Of a DNA stretch of 64,000 nucleotides, positions 1-11,348 are shown in pieces. This DNA comes from Malacoraja senta (Eukaryota), in the NCBI GenBank assembly GCA_038087875.1, contig CM075992.1, positions 9,488,001 through 9,552,000 of the forward strand, in the 5' to 3' direction. Every line of letters begins with the position of its first letter. The first letter of the stretch is position 1. The position numbers and the translations under genes are program-made. The notes under the pieces were generated by a model. It had not been told where the DNA came from. It searched no databases and was given only the letters and a program-made list of their open reading frames with translations.

Positions 1-517
1 AGGAGGGTTTCGGCCCGAAACGTTGCCTATTTCCTTCGCTCCATAGATGCTGCTGCACCCGCTGAGTTTCTCCAGCATTTTTGTGTACCATCTATATCTC
101 TAATTCACTCTGGGAGCCCTTGATGTGCTGTTTGTTGCTTTGTACACGGGCCTCTTGCTTGCCTGTTGAACTTCCAGCCTAGGATCCATGTCTGCTCCCA
201 GTAAGCCCCTGGAGAGGCCATCTTGCCAAGCGCTGATCTAAATCTGCTAATTGGTAATTGCTGTGTTTCCAGAGCGAATATCGTTTGCCTCGAGCACAAG
301 TCAAATTGAGTTTGTCATCATATGTATAAGTCAATGAGATGCATGTGTAATGACAATCTTGCTCCCAGCAGCATCCCATAGACTCAGGCAAACACAGAGC
401 ATAACGTCATTTATAAATGATTACTTCAATTGTATGTGAATTCAGCCCAACATGACTATGCCGACCAACATGCCCCATCTACACTAGTCCCACCTGCCCA
501 CACCTGATCCATATCCC

Positions 518-750
518 TCTGCATCCTAGCGGCATAAACATTGAATTCTCCAATTTCCGGTAGCCCTTGCTGTCTCCTCCCCTTCTCAGCTCTCCCTCAG
601 CCCTCGGGCTCCTCCTCTTCCTTTTCCCTGCCTTCTCCCCGCCCCCCCACCCTACATCAGTCTCAAGAAGGGTTTCGGCCCGAAACGTTGCCTATTTCCT
701 TCGCTCCATAGATGCTGCTGCACCCACTGAGTTTCTCCAGCACTTTTGTC
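518..750 (+). mobile_element. PLE 3' end: ORF terminus (LHPSGINIEFSNFR*) plus 3' UTR with a mutated hammerhead motif
   Basis: Typical PLE endonuclease C-terminus, then a pyrimidine-rich UTR and agaagggtttcggcccgaaacgttgcc. The same tail occurs at 1-88. Confidence 0.8.
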
Positions 751-1683
751 TCCCTCTAAACCTGTTACCAGTCTAAATGTTTCTTAAACGTTGCGATAGG
801 ACCTGCATCTTGTAAAGAAAGATTCAGAGGGGGTTTGACAGTGGTGTGGCCATGAGGATATTCCTTGTGGTGGGGTAACCGGGAACATGAGGGCATGCGC
901 TCCGGGTAAAGGGACGTCCATTTTGTTGTGAACTACTGCGAAGGTTGTTAAATTTTCTGTACGTCGGGAGTGTGGATTGGAGATTTGGTGAAGATCAGGA
1001 ACAAGGTGAGATCAGAGATCACATCCGCCAACAACACGTTGAGTGGTGGAGCAGGCTGGGAAAGCACTATTGCTCCTGCTTCTTGTACTTTTTCAATCAA
1101 CCCTTTTAAATATTTCATTGTTATTGCTCTCACTTCACACTGCATTGCCCCCCTTGAGAACAATTCTTTTCCAGACGTTATGGCAAAATCCATCTACCGA
1201 GTGTGTGGGGCCTGTCATTTTAATGAAGGGCTTTCTTTGAAATGGTGAATGCTGAATCACTGCACCATCCTGAATGTTCAATAGTTTCTTTATGGTCATG
1301 TTTAGCAGGTACTGGGATTTTTCTTGCATGCAGCTCAGCAAAACTATCTCTGCCTCGGAGGGCGGTGGAGGCCGGTTCTCTGGATACTTGCAAGAGAGAG
1401 CTAGACAGGGCTCTTAAAAATAGCGGAGTCAGGGGATATGGGGAGAAGGCAGGAACGGGGTACTGATTGGGGATGATCAGCCATGATCACATTGAATGGC
1501 GGTGCTGGCTCGTTAGGCCGTATGGCCTACTCCTGCACCTATTGTCTATTGTCTATCCCCGCACATTAGCACAATCAGCTCCAGTCAGTACAGAACAAGC
1601 GACTGAGTCCATATGCAAGAGAATGCGGTTGCTTTTATCCTATCCGCTGTGAAGGGGAAGTAGAGGGTGGAGGCTGCTGCAAG

Positions 1684-2272
1684 GTGTGGGCCCCATATCT
1701 GAGGAAGGATGTGCTGGCTCTGGAGAGGGTCCAGAGGAGGTTTACAAGAATGATCCCAGGAATGAGTGGGTTAGCATATGATGAGCGTTTGACAGCACTG
1801 GGCCTGTACTCGCTGGAGTTTAGAAGGATGAGGGGCAACCTCATTGAAACTTACCAAATAATGAAAGGCATAGATAGAGTGTTTGTGGAGAGGGTGTTTC
1901 CACTGGTGGGAGAGTCTAGGACCAGAGGTCACAGCCTCAGAATTAAAGGGCGCTCTTTTAGAAAGGGGGTGAGGAGGAACTTCTTTAGTCAGAGGGTAGT
2001 TAATTTGTGGAACTCATTGCCACAGAGGGCTGTGGAGGCCACGTCAGTGGATATTTTTAAGGCAGAGATCGACAAATTCTTGATTTGAACGGGTGTCAAG
2101 GGTTAGAAACATAGAAAATAGATGCAGGAGGCCATTCGGCCCTTCGAGCCAGCACCGCTCGCTATGGGGAGAAGGCAGGAAAATGGAATTAGAGGCAGAG
2201 ATCAGCCTTGATTGAATGGTGGAGTAGACTGGATGGGCCGAATGGCCTAATTCGACACCTATAACTTGTGAA
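1684..2272 (+). mobile_element. CR1/HER1 LINE 3' fragment
   Basis: WAPYLRKDVLALERVQRRFTRMIPG...RTRGHSLRIKG...FFSQRVVNLWNSLP, the CR1 ORF2 C-terminus. Confidence 0.92.
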
Positions 2273-3240
2273 CGTGTGTGTTTGTGAACTGGCGTAGAAT
2301 ACTCCAGCAACCTTGAGCTCAGTGGGATAGCCCCACCACTGAGCTGGCGATCCCATGATCTGGACCAGTTTCGGACACAAATACAAGGGACATGCAGGGA
2401 AGGGAGGGATATGGATTACTTGCGGGCAGATAAGATTTGGCCTTGGCAACATAGTTCGGACCAGATATTGTGGGCGAAGGGCCTACTTCTGTAAAGGAAA
2501 GAACTGCAGATGCTGGTTTACACCGAAGATAGGCACATAATGGTGCCTCATAGGGCAGTGGAGGCTGGTACTCTGGATGCATTCAAGAGAGAGTTAGATA
2601 GAGCTCTTAGGGATAGTGGAGTTAAGGGATATGGGGAGAAGGCAGGAACGGGGTACTGATTGTGGATGATCAGCCATGATCACATTGAATGGCGGTGCTG
2701 GCTCGAAAGGCCGAATGGCCTATTCCTGCACCTATTGTCTACTGTCTATTATTTATAAAGCTGGAGTAACTCAGCGGGACAGGCAGCATCTCTGGAGAGA
2801 AGGAATGGGTGATGTTTCGGGTCGAGACCCTTCTTCAGACTGGCCTGTTTCCACCCTGTACTGTTCCATGTTAAATGCAAATTCAGGGCCTTTGCTGAAG
2901 TCCTGAATTTAATTAATTTTGGAGAGAAAAGGAAATGTTGATTTTAAAGATCCTTCTGCTTTGCTAGTGCCTACTAATAGAACCTGGAACATCGAGCAGG
3001 ACAGCACGGGAACAGGCCTTTCGGCCCACAATGGCTGTGCTATATGTGAATCATGTTAAACTTATCTCCTCTTCCTGCACATGATCCATATCCTTGCATT
3101 CCCTGCATATCCAGGGTCCTGACCTGACACATCACCTATCGATTTACTCCGGAGAGATGCTACCTGATCCACTGAGTTACTCCCAGCAATTTGTAGCTGC
3201 CTTTTTTGTCTAGCTAAAAGTCTCTTCAATGCCATGATTG

Positions 3241-3980
3241 TATAGAGTCATAGAGTGATACAGTGTGAAAACAGGCCCTTCGGCCCAACTTGCCCACACC
3301 AGCCAACATGTCCCAGCTACGCTAGTCCCACTTGCCTGCGCTTGGTCCATATCCCTCCAAACCTGTCCTACCCATGTACCTGTCTAACTGTTTCTTAAAC
3401 GTTGGGATAGTTCCAGCCTCAACTACCTCTCTGGCAGCTTGTTCCATACACCCACTGTGTGAAAAAGCTACCCTTCAGATTTCTATTAAATCTTTTCTCC
3501 TTCACCTTGAACCCATGTCCTCTGGTCCTCGATTCCCCTACTCTGGGCAGGAGACTGTGCACCTACCGTTCTATTCCCGTCCTGCGCTCCAAGGAATAGA
3601 GACCCAGCCTACTCAACCTCTCCCTATAGCTCACACCCTCTAGTCCTGGCAACATCCTCGTAAATCTTCTCTGAACCCTTTCAAGCTTGACAATATCTTT
3701 CCTATAACATGGTGCCCAGAACTGAACACAATATTCTAAATGCGGCCTCACCAACGTTTTATACAACTGCAACATGACCTCCCAACCTCTATACTCAATA
3801 CTCTGATTGATGAAGGCCAATGTGCCAAAAGCCTTCTTGACCACCTTATCTACCTGCGACTCGACCTTCAAGGAACCATGCACCTGTACTCCTAGATCCC
3901 TCTGCTCTACAACACTCCCCAGAGGCCTACCATTTACTGGGTAGGTCGTGCCCTTGTTAGACGTCCCAGAATGCAACAGC
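3241..3980 (-). mobile_element. CR1/HER1 LINE 3' fragment
   Basis: QRDLGV...LYKTLVRPHLEYCVQFWAP...LERVQRRFTRMLPG; (ctctatga)n tail. The 3' end is shared with the HE1 SINE. Confidence 0.92.
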
Positions 3981-5072
3981 TCTGCAACATGATTGCCCCT
4001 TAGTTGCTCACTTAATCGGTCCAGGACTCCGTTCAGTTTGAGGCCATTTTATGATGGCGACGATCACTGAGTTTGTCGGTGACAACCTGTCCCACAAAGA
4101 CAGATAGGGGATGTGAGGCCAATAAACAATAGGTGCAGGAGTAGGCCATTCAGCCCTTCGAGCCCACACCGCCATTCAATGTGATCATGGCTGATCATCC
4201 CCAATCAGTACCCCGTTCTTGCCTTCTCTCCGTATCCCCTGACTCCGCTATTTTTAAGAGCACTATCTAGCTCTCTTTTGAAAGCATCCAGAGAACCCAT
4301 CTCTGCCGACCTCCGAGGCAGAGAATTCCACAGACTCACCACTCTCTGTGAGAAAAAGTGTTTCCTCGTCTCCGTTCTAAATGGCTTACTCCTTATTCTT
4401 AAACTGTGGCCCCCGGTTCTGGATGCTGTAAGGTAGACACAAAAAACTGGAGTGACTCAGCGAGTAAGGCAGCATCTCTGAGGAAAAGGAATAGGTCGAG
4501 ACCTTGCTTTAGACTCCACAGAGTGGGAGCAGCGAGAGAGGGTGTTGCAGAACTTGTAGTGGAGAGTAGAGGAGAACTTCTTCAAAGTAGGCATACCGTG
4601 AGGAGATTTCACAGGGGAGCAGACAAAATGTGTAGGAAGGAACAGCAGATGCTGCTTTACACTGAAGATAGACACAAAGTGCTGGAGTTACTCAGCGGGA
4701 CAGGCAGCATCTCTGGAGATTCAAGATTCAAGAGAGTTTATTGTCATGTGTCCCTGATAGGACAATGAAATTCTTGCTTTGCTTCAGCACAACAGAACAT
4801 AGTAGGCATTGACTACAAAACAGATCAGTGTGTCCATATACCATTATATAAATATATACACACATGAATAAATAAACTGATCAAGTGCAAATAACAGATA
4901 ATGGGCTATTACAGGAATAGGTGACGTTTCTGGTCGAGACTCTTCTTTAGAGCTGCTGTAACATTTGTTGGGTGCCTCATGGGACAGTCAGTGTGTTCGG
5001 AGGGCCACGTGTATTTTGACCAAATGGTCCATGTGTAGTCTGAAATGATAATGAGAAATGTTCTTTCCTCAG

Positions 5073-5177
5073 TTCCCCAGGTGTAGACATGAAGACTTGC
5101 CTGGATGAATGCATGACGGCGATGAACATGTTCCTCAACAACCAATTCAGCGAGAGCCTGGAGGTGTTGAAACTAAG
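5073..5177 (+). CDS. TTC39A: TTC39A coding exon (first seen in window; 105 nt, phase 2 to 2), encodes SPGVDMKTCLDECMTAMNMFLNNQFSESLEVLKL(R)
   Basis: Acceptor ttctttcctcag, donor ag|gtagga. Translation aligns without gaps to recalled vertebrate TTC39A [35 protein letters not shown]. Confidence 0.9.
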
Positions 5178-5210
5178 GTAGGATCTTCCACGGTTACCAC
5201 TAATAATATG

Positions 5211-5462
5211 GGTGGCGCAGCGGTAGAGTTGCTGCCTCACAGCGCCAGAGATCCGGGTTCCATCCTGACGACATCCTGTCTGTACGGAGTTTGTACATTC
5301 TCTCCTTGACCACATGGGTTTTCCCCGGGTGCTCCCGTCTTCTCCCACACTCCAATGACCTGTGGGTTTATAGATTAATTGGCTTTAGTAAAGATTGTAA
5401 ATTGTGTGTAGGATAGTCGTGGACTCAGTGGGCGGAAGGGCCTGTTTCCACACTATCTCTCA
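5211..5462 (+). mobile_element. HE1-type SINE starting about 33 nt after a TTC39A donor
   Basis: tggcgcagcggtagagttgctgcctcacagcgccagagatccgggttccatcc. Confidence 0.85.
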
Positions 5463-5633
5463 ACCAAAAGATGTGATCTTTTTTGCATACAGTTCAGTAA
5501 TAATCTATACATTGGCAACAATCATACCAAGTATAAGAGTGTAAGTTAGTAGTCCAGACTGAATCCGTACAAAAGAGTCACCATGTTTTATGTACCCTTC
5601 AAGTCCAAAGATAGATGCAAAATGCTGGAGTTA

Positions 5634-5941
5634 AGCCCCTGTCCCACTTTCCCGAGTTACTCACGAATCTCCCGAGTTCTCCCCTTGATTCAAACTCGGA
5701 GATGCCAGCCGTAGGTACTCGGGGCTATTTTTTTTACTCGTGGACATTTTTCAACATGCTGAAAAAACGTCCCAACTTACCTGATGCCCCGAGTACCTAC
5801 GGCTGGCATTACGAGCCGCTACGAAATATATACGGACTCCAACGGCCTCCTACGGACTCACTACGGACATTCTCCGAGTTTGAATCAAGGGGAAAAACTC
5901 GGGAGAATTCGTGAGTAACTCGGGAAAGTGGGACAGGGGCT
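5634..5941. mobile_element. PIF/Harbinger-type MITE, subfamily A
   Basis: Long TIR agcccctgtcccactttcccgagttactcacgaat; flanks TTA/TAA. Inserted into a PLE end. Confidence 0.85.
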
Positions 5942-7232
5942 TAACTCAGGCGGGACAGGCAGCATTGCTGGAGAGAGGGAATGAGGGTTCCGATCTAAAA
6001 CATCACCCATTCCTCCTCTCCAGAGATGCTGCCTGTCCCACTGAGTTACTCCAGCATTTTGTGTCTATCTTCGGTTTAAACCAACATCTGCAGTTCCTTC
6101 CTACACCCTTCCAAGTCCACAATTTATTTTTAAAAATATTAGAATCGTAGTCAATACTGTCCATTCCTCCTTCTCTGGAGGAAAAGGATGGGTGACGTTT
6201 TGGGTCGGAACCCTTCTTCAGACTGAAAGTAAGGGGGGGGGATGACACACTCGAGGTAGGAAAAGGCCAGAAGAAAGCAAGATCGGCAATAGATGACCAA
6301 GGAAGGGTGGAGTCAATAGACAATAGACAATAGACAATAGGTGCAGGAGTAGGCCATTTGGGCCTTCGATCCAGCACCGCCATTCAATGTGATCATGGCT
6401 GATCATCCCCAATCAGTACCCCGTTCCTGCCTTCTCCCCATACCCCCTGACTCCGCTATTTTTAAGAGCCCTATCTAGCTCTCTCTTGAAAGCATCCAGA
6501 GAACCTGCATCCACCGCCCTCTGAGGCAGAGAATTCCACAGACTCACCACTCTCTGTGAGAAAAAGTGTTTCCTCGAGTCCTTAATGGCCCATTGTTGGC
6601 TGGGGAAGAGGTGATTACGAAGGGAGACAAGGATGCAAACAGTTGAACTGGTGGGATGACTAGGGTGGGGGAGGGGAAGGGGAGGTTACAGTTGCATAGA
6701 AAGTGCCGATAAAAAAAACAGACGGGTTGATTGGAAGATCAGGAATTCATCTCAATCTATGAGAGGTCTGGTCAAGAGCCTGATAACAGCAGGGAAGAAG
6801 TTGTTCCTTAATCCGGTCGTCTGTGCTTTTGAGTGTGAGTGGTCTTTGATTATGTTGGCTGCTTTGTGTTGCAAATATAGCATGGACTCGGCTGTGTTCA
6901 CAGCTCTCTAGTTTAGTTTATTGTCACGTGTACCGACGAACAGTGAAGAGCTTTTTTGTTGCGTGCTATCCAGTCAGCGGAAAGACTATATATGATTACA
7001 ATCAAGCCGTCTACAGTGTACAGATAGATGTTTAAATCAGTGGAGCGATTGTAATGTAAATAATTTGTAAAAATTGGTGCAGGCTCGAAGGGCCAAATGG
7101 CCTCCTCCTGCACCTATTTTCTATGAATGATTGCAGCTGTGTTTCTGGGACCAGCATGCAGAGGGCATGGTCTTGGGCAGAGCAGTTGTCAAACAAGTAT
7201 TATTGGAGGATTGCTGAATTCCCTTCATCTTT

Positions 7233-7720
7233 TAGAAACATAGAAACATAGAAAATAGGTGCAGGAGGAGGCCATTCGGCCCTTCGAGCCAGCACCGCCA
7301 TTCATTGTGATCATGGCTGATCGTCCCCAATCAATAACCCGTGCCTGCCTTCTCCCCATAGCCCTTGAATCCACTAGCCCCTAGAGCTCTATCTAACTCT
7401 CTCTTAAATCCATCCAGTGATTTGGCCTCCACTGCCCTCTGTGGCAGGGAATTCCACAAATTCACAATTCTCTGGGTGAAAAAGTTTTTTCTCACCTCAG
7501 TCTTAAATGACCTCCCCTTTATTCTAAGACTGTGGCCCCTGGTTCTGGACTCGCCCAACATTGGGAATTTTTTTCCTGCATCTAGCCTGTAAAGCCCTTT
7601 TATAATTTTATATGTTTCTATAAGATCCCCCCTCATCCTTCTAAACTCCAGTGAATACAAGCCTAGTCTTTCCAATCTTTCCTCATATGACAGTCCCGCC
7701 ATCCCAGGGATCAATCTTGT
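7233..7720 (-). mobile_element. CR1/HER1 LINE 3' fragment
   Basis: ORF 7331-7714; (atgtttct)n tail. Confidence 0.92.
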
Positions 7721-8289
7721 GGAATCAATCTTTTAAGGGAGCAGAGGAGATGCTGTCCCTGTAGTCATAGGTCAATGTGGTTGGACCAGGTCAATTTGTT
7801 GGTGATATTTCCACCTAGGAACTATACCAATAAAAGTCTCAGATGGTCATAAAACTATTGGATTTTGATTCAATAAAATATGGTTTGCCAGTGACCTTGA
7901 GGGAAGGGAGTCTTCTGTCATGTGTGGAGTCAAAGAACTGATGCTGGCTTATACCAAAGAGAGACACACAAAGAGCTGGAGTAACTCGGTGGGTCAAGCA
8001 GCATCTCTGGAAAAGGAGGAAAGGTGAGGTTTCGGGTTGGGACTTTTCTTCATCCTGAAAGTAGGCGGTGGGAAGAGCTGGTGGTGAAAAAATACCTGGA
8101 CAAATCAGGTGCGGCAACAAATGACCTCAGGCAGGGTGGTGCATTGGTTGCACGTTGTTGGCTTCGGGCGATGGATCCAACGTGGCAGACTCGACACAAT
8201 GTCTCCTATCCCCTCTTGTCTGCTCTAGATGTGACTGCATATCCGCAGAATGGCGCAGGCCTCTTAATTGCCCCCTGAAATGGAAAAAA

Positions 8290-8603
8290 AGTGCGGCACA
8301 GTTGTGCAGCGGTAGAGTTGCTGCTTTACAGTGCCAGAGACCCAGGTTCAATCCTGGCTACGGGCGCTGTCTGTACGGAGTTTGTACGTTCTCCCCGTGA
8401 CCTGCGCGGGTTTTCTCTGGGATCTCCGGTTCCCTCCCACACTCCAAATACGTATAGGTTTGTACGTTACTGGGCTTGGTATAATTGTAAGACTGTCTCT
8501 TGTGTGTGTAGTGTGTTAGTGTGCAGGGATCGCTGGTTGGTGCGGACGCGGTGGGCCGAAGTGCCTATTTCCATGCTGTATCCCTAAACTAAACTAAACT
8601 AAA
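8290..8603 (+). mobile_element. HE1-type tRNA-derived SINE, full length
   Basis: A-box-like gtgcagcggtag, B-box ggttcaatcc, conserved core, CR1-like 3' end gggccgaag..cct.tttcc, (taaac)n tail. Confidence 0.88.
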
Positions 8604-9598
8604 ATGACGTATGTGTAAGGAACTGCAGATGCTGGTTTAAACCAAAGATAGACACAAAATACAGGAGTAACGCAGAGGGACAGGCAGCATCTCTGGAGAG
8701 AAGGAATCTTGTGTCTATCTTTGGTTTAAACTAAAATGTGAAACTAAAAGGACAGTTGCAGGATGGGCACCCTTCCGCGATGTCCATAAATATGAACATC
8801 GATTCAAAAGCAGCAGTGAGGTCTGGTAGATACAAAGAACCGCAGATGATGGAATCCTGAGCTAAAACACAAATCCTGAGCTAAAAACACCTCAGCGGGT
8901 CTGACAGGTTCTCTGGAGAACATGGATACTCGATGCTTCAGGTCGGGACCCATCTTCAGTGGCCTTTGGTAATTGCCAGAAATGATGGATTCTTCTGCAC
9001 CTCAGTTGTGGGATCACTTTATGCAGAAAATGTCGGCCGTAGTTATTTCCCACAAGAACAGAAATGGGACTCTAAGAGCGCTTCATTGCCATGTGAAGCT
9101 AACGAGGATATTCGGGAAGTGTTGAGTCAGTCGCCGTCATCTGCTCCACTTCAGACACCAGCTGTGTGTTTTCAATGGCTTCCCCAGAGTGTCTGAAGTC
9201 AAACACCAATCATCACGAGATCAGACTGGATTGTTCCAGACGCCTCTTGTTGGGATCAGGAGTATGGCGGATCAGTGACGCGATTCATAAGTGATAGGAG
9301 CAGAATGAGGCCATTCGGCCCATCGTCTACTCCACCATTCAATCATGGCTAATCTATCTCTCCCTCCCTAGCCCATTCTCCTGCCTTCTGACACTCGTGG
9401 AGGCCTGGATTAATGGTCCATAAGTTGGGCTGATACCTATCCATGTTCTTCCAGAGATGCTGCCTGACGCCCTGAGTTACTCCAGCACTTTGTGTTTTTC
9501 GGGTGGCGGGGAATTAACGTAAATGGGAACTGAGGATGGCCGATCCTAGCGAGGGTAACAACTATCACTAGTAGCGGAGACTGAGATGGTGTGAAAAC

Positions 9599-10094
9599 TA
9601 GGGTTGCCAACTGTCCCGTATTAGCCGGGACATCCCGTATTTTGGGCTAAATTGGTTTGTCCCGTACGGGACCGCCCCTGTCCCGTATTTGACTGCTACT
9701 ACTCGGGTCGAGGGGACTGTCGGGTTGGAGCGCCGCGTCCGGCCCCGCCTCACCCGTCCCGACGTAGTGCAGCCCATGGAGTGCAGCAGCAGCACCTCGC
9801 CGGTGGCCCCGTCGGTCGGCAGCCCGGCCAGCTGTCCGACCTTCGGACCTTCGCTTACCAACACCACCTCCCCTCCTTCTCATGACCGATCGTCGGTTCA
9901 TGAGTTGGATGGGGTGCCGGACTTTGCGCGCCCGGGCCAAAACTCCTCAGCTGGCCCGCTGTGCAGTCCAGCACCGGGGCCAACTCATCATTCACCCAGC
10001 CATGGCCGAGTCAGTTAACGAAATGCCGTCGGGAATTTGTCCCGCATTTTGATCTTTTGTCCCTTATTTGGGAGTGAGAAAGTTGGCGACCCTA
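9599..10094. mobile_element. hAT non-autonomous element (Blackjack-like termini)
   Basis: TIR tagggttgccaact / agttggcgacccta; perfect 8-bp TSD gtgaaaac at 9591-9598 and 10095-10102; subterminal tgtccc repeats. Confidence 0.92.
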
Positions 10095-10208
10095 GTGAAA
10101 ACCCGTATGTTCAGTCATGCCCTGCATGCAGGCACACAGAGCCAATGCAGCAACTCTTAACTGGCTGTTGAAATAGACAAAAAAAGTCATTCCTTTCCGG
10201 GTCAGTTA

Positions 10209-10906
10209 AGAATGGATTATCTTTGAACAACGGATACCGTAAAATAAAACTGATACCAAAAGCAGAATGGATTATCTTTGGAACAACGGAAGATAGTCCT
10301 GAACTAAATGTGTTTCAAAAGAAATTAATAGATTACGGGAAAAAAGTTAATCCTAAAATTCTAGAAAAACGCTCCAATACCAACTATAAACATGTGGATT
10401 TCAAATATGTTTGAAACATTACACCTAGAAGAGATAAGACTCCTCCTGGCAGGTAAACCAGATCACTTCCACCTGACGTGGTCTGCATTTATAGAATTAT
10501 TACAAGTATAGGGTGCAAAAGTACTTTAAAAGAAACTGAGGTCAGGTAAAGGGGGATGAAAGCTGGAGAGTTGGTATGTCCCATTTGCGTGATGCTTATA
10601 ACAAAGTATTTGTTTTTCTCTTTTTTCCTCTTTCTCTTTTTCTTCTTCTTTAGGGTCTATCTCTTAATCCTTTTTTTAAATTTCTTTTCTACCGGGTCTC
10701 TGTTCTTTCTTGTTGTCACGTTTTTACACCTTCACTATTTTCCTTCACTTTCTCTTTTTTCTTAATCTCAACCTTTCCTTTTTATCAGTGTAAAAAATGA
10801 CGGAGTACATTAATTGTAATAAGATATACGTGATGAGTACTAATGTAATTGGTTGTAATGTTATGTACTTCTAATAAATAAAAATAAAAAAATAAAATAA
10901 AAAAAA
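10209..10906 (+). mobile_element. L1-clade LINE 3' fragment (ORF2 C-terminus, T-rich 3' UTR, A-rich tail)
   Basis: Degenerate peptides WIIFG..., PTINMWISNMFETLHLEEIR, FHLTWSAFIELL; aataaa plus A-rich tail at 10874-10906. Confidence 0.8.
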
Positions 10907-11245
10907 GATTGGAGAAAAAGTAGATACAAGGAACTGCAGATGCTGGAAGCTTGAGCAAAAAATCACAAAGTGCAGGAGTAACATAGTGGGTCAGGCAGCA
11001 ACTCTGGAGAATATGGACAGGCAATATTTCAGGTCGGGGTCCTTCTTAGTTATAGAGTCATTCAGCAGGGAAACAAGCCCATTGGCCCAACTCCTCCATG
11101 CCAACCAAGTTGCTCCATCCAAGCTAGTCCTATCTGGCCAGTATCCCTCTGAACCTTTCCTATCCATGTACCTGTAAGTATTGTGTGCAAGTTGTAGGTA
11201 GACAAAAATGCTGGAGAAACTCAGCGGGTGCAACAGCATCTATGG

Positions 11246-11348
11246 AGCGAAGGAAATAGGCAACGTTTCGGGCCGAAACCCTTCTTCAGACTGATCAGCG
11301 AAGGAAATAGGCAACGTTTCGGGCCGAAACCCTTCTTCAGACTGATCA
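11246..11348 (-). repeat. Exact tandem duplication (2 x 51 nt), each unit carrying a hammerhead core
   Basis: Unit agcgaaggaaataggcaacgtttcgggccgaaacccttcttcagactgatc starts at 11246 and at 11297. Confidence 0.9.

Noticed and set aside
948..1340. Non-repetitive stretch with a donor-like aag|gtgaga as possible first exon
   Set aside because: No ATG-led frame in the required phase and no recognisable TTC39A N-terminus; cannot be supported without transcripts.
5211..5270. tRNA-like A/B boxes as tRNA genes
   Set aside because: They are SINE heads followed by the SINE core and LINE-like tail; no complete cloverleaf or T-run terminator.
5631..5944. TTAA flanks suggesting piggyBac or Kolobok
   Set aside because: Other copies with the same TIR show 3-bp TAA or TTA duplications (for example 16672-16674/17472-17474 inside a SINE of known sequence), fitting PIF/Harbinger.
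11246..11348. Direct repeats as a CRISPR-like array
   Set aside because: Two contiguous identical units with no spacers, a vertebrate intronic context and no cas genes.
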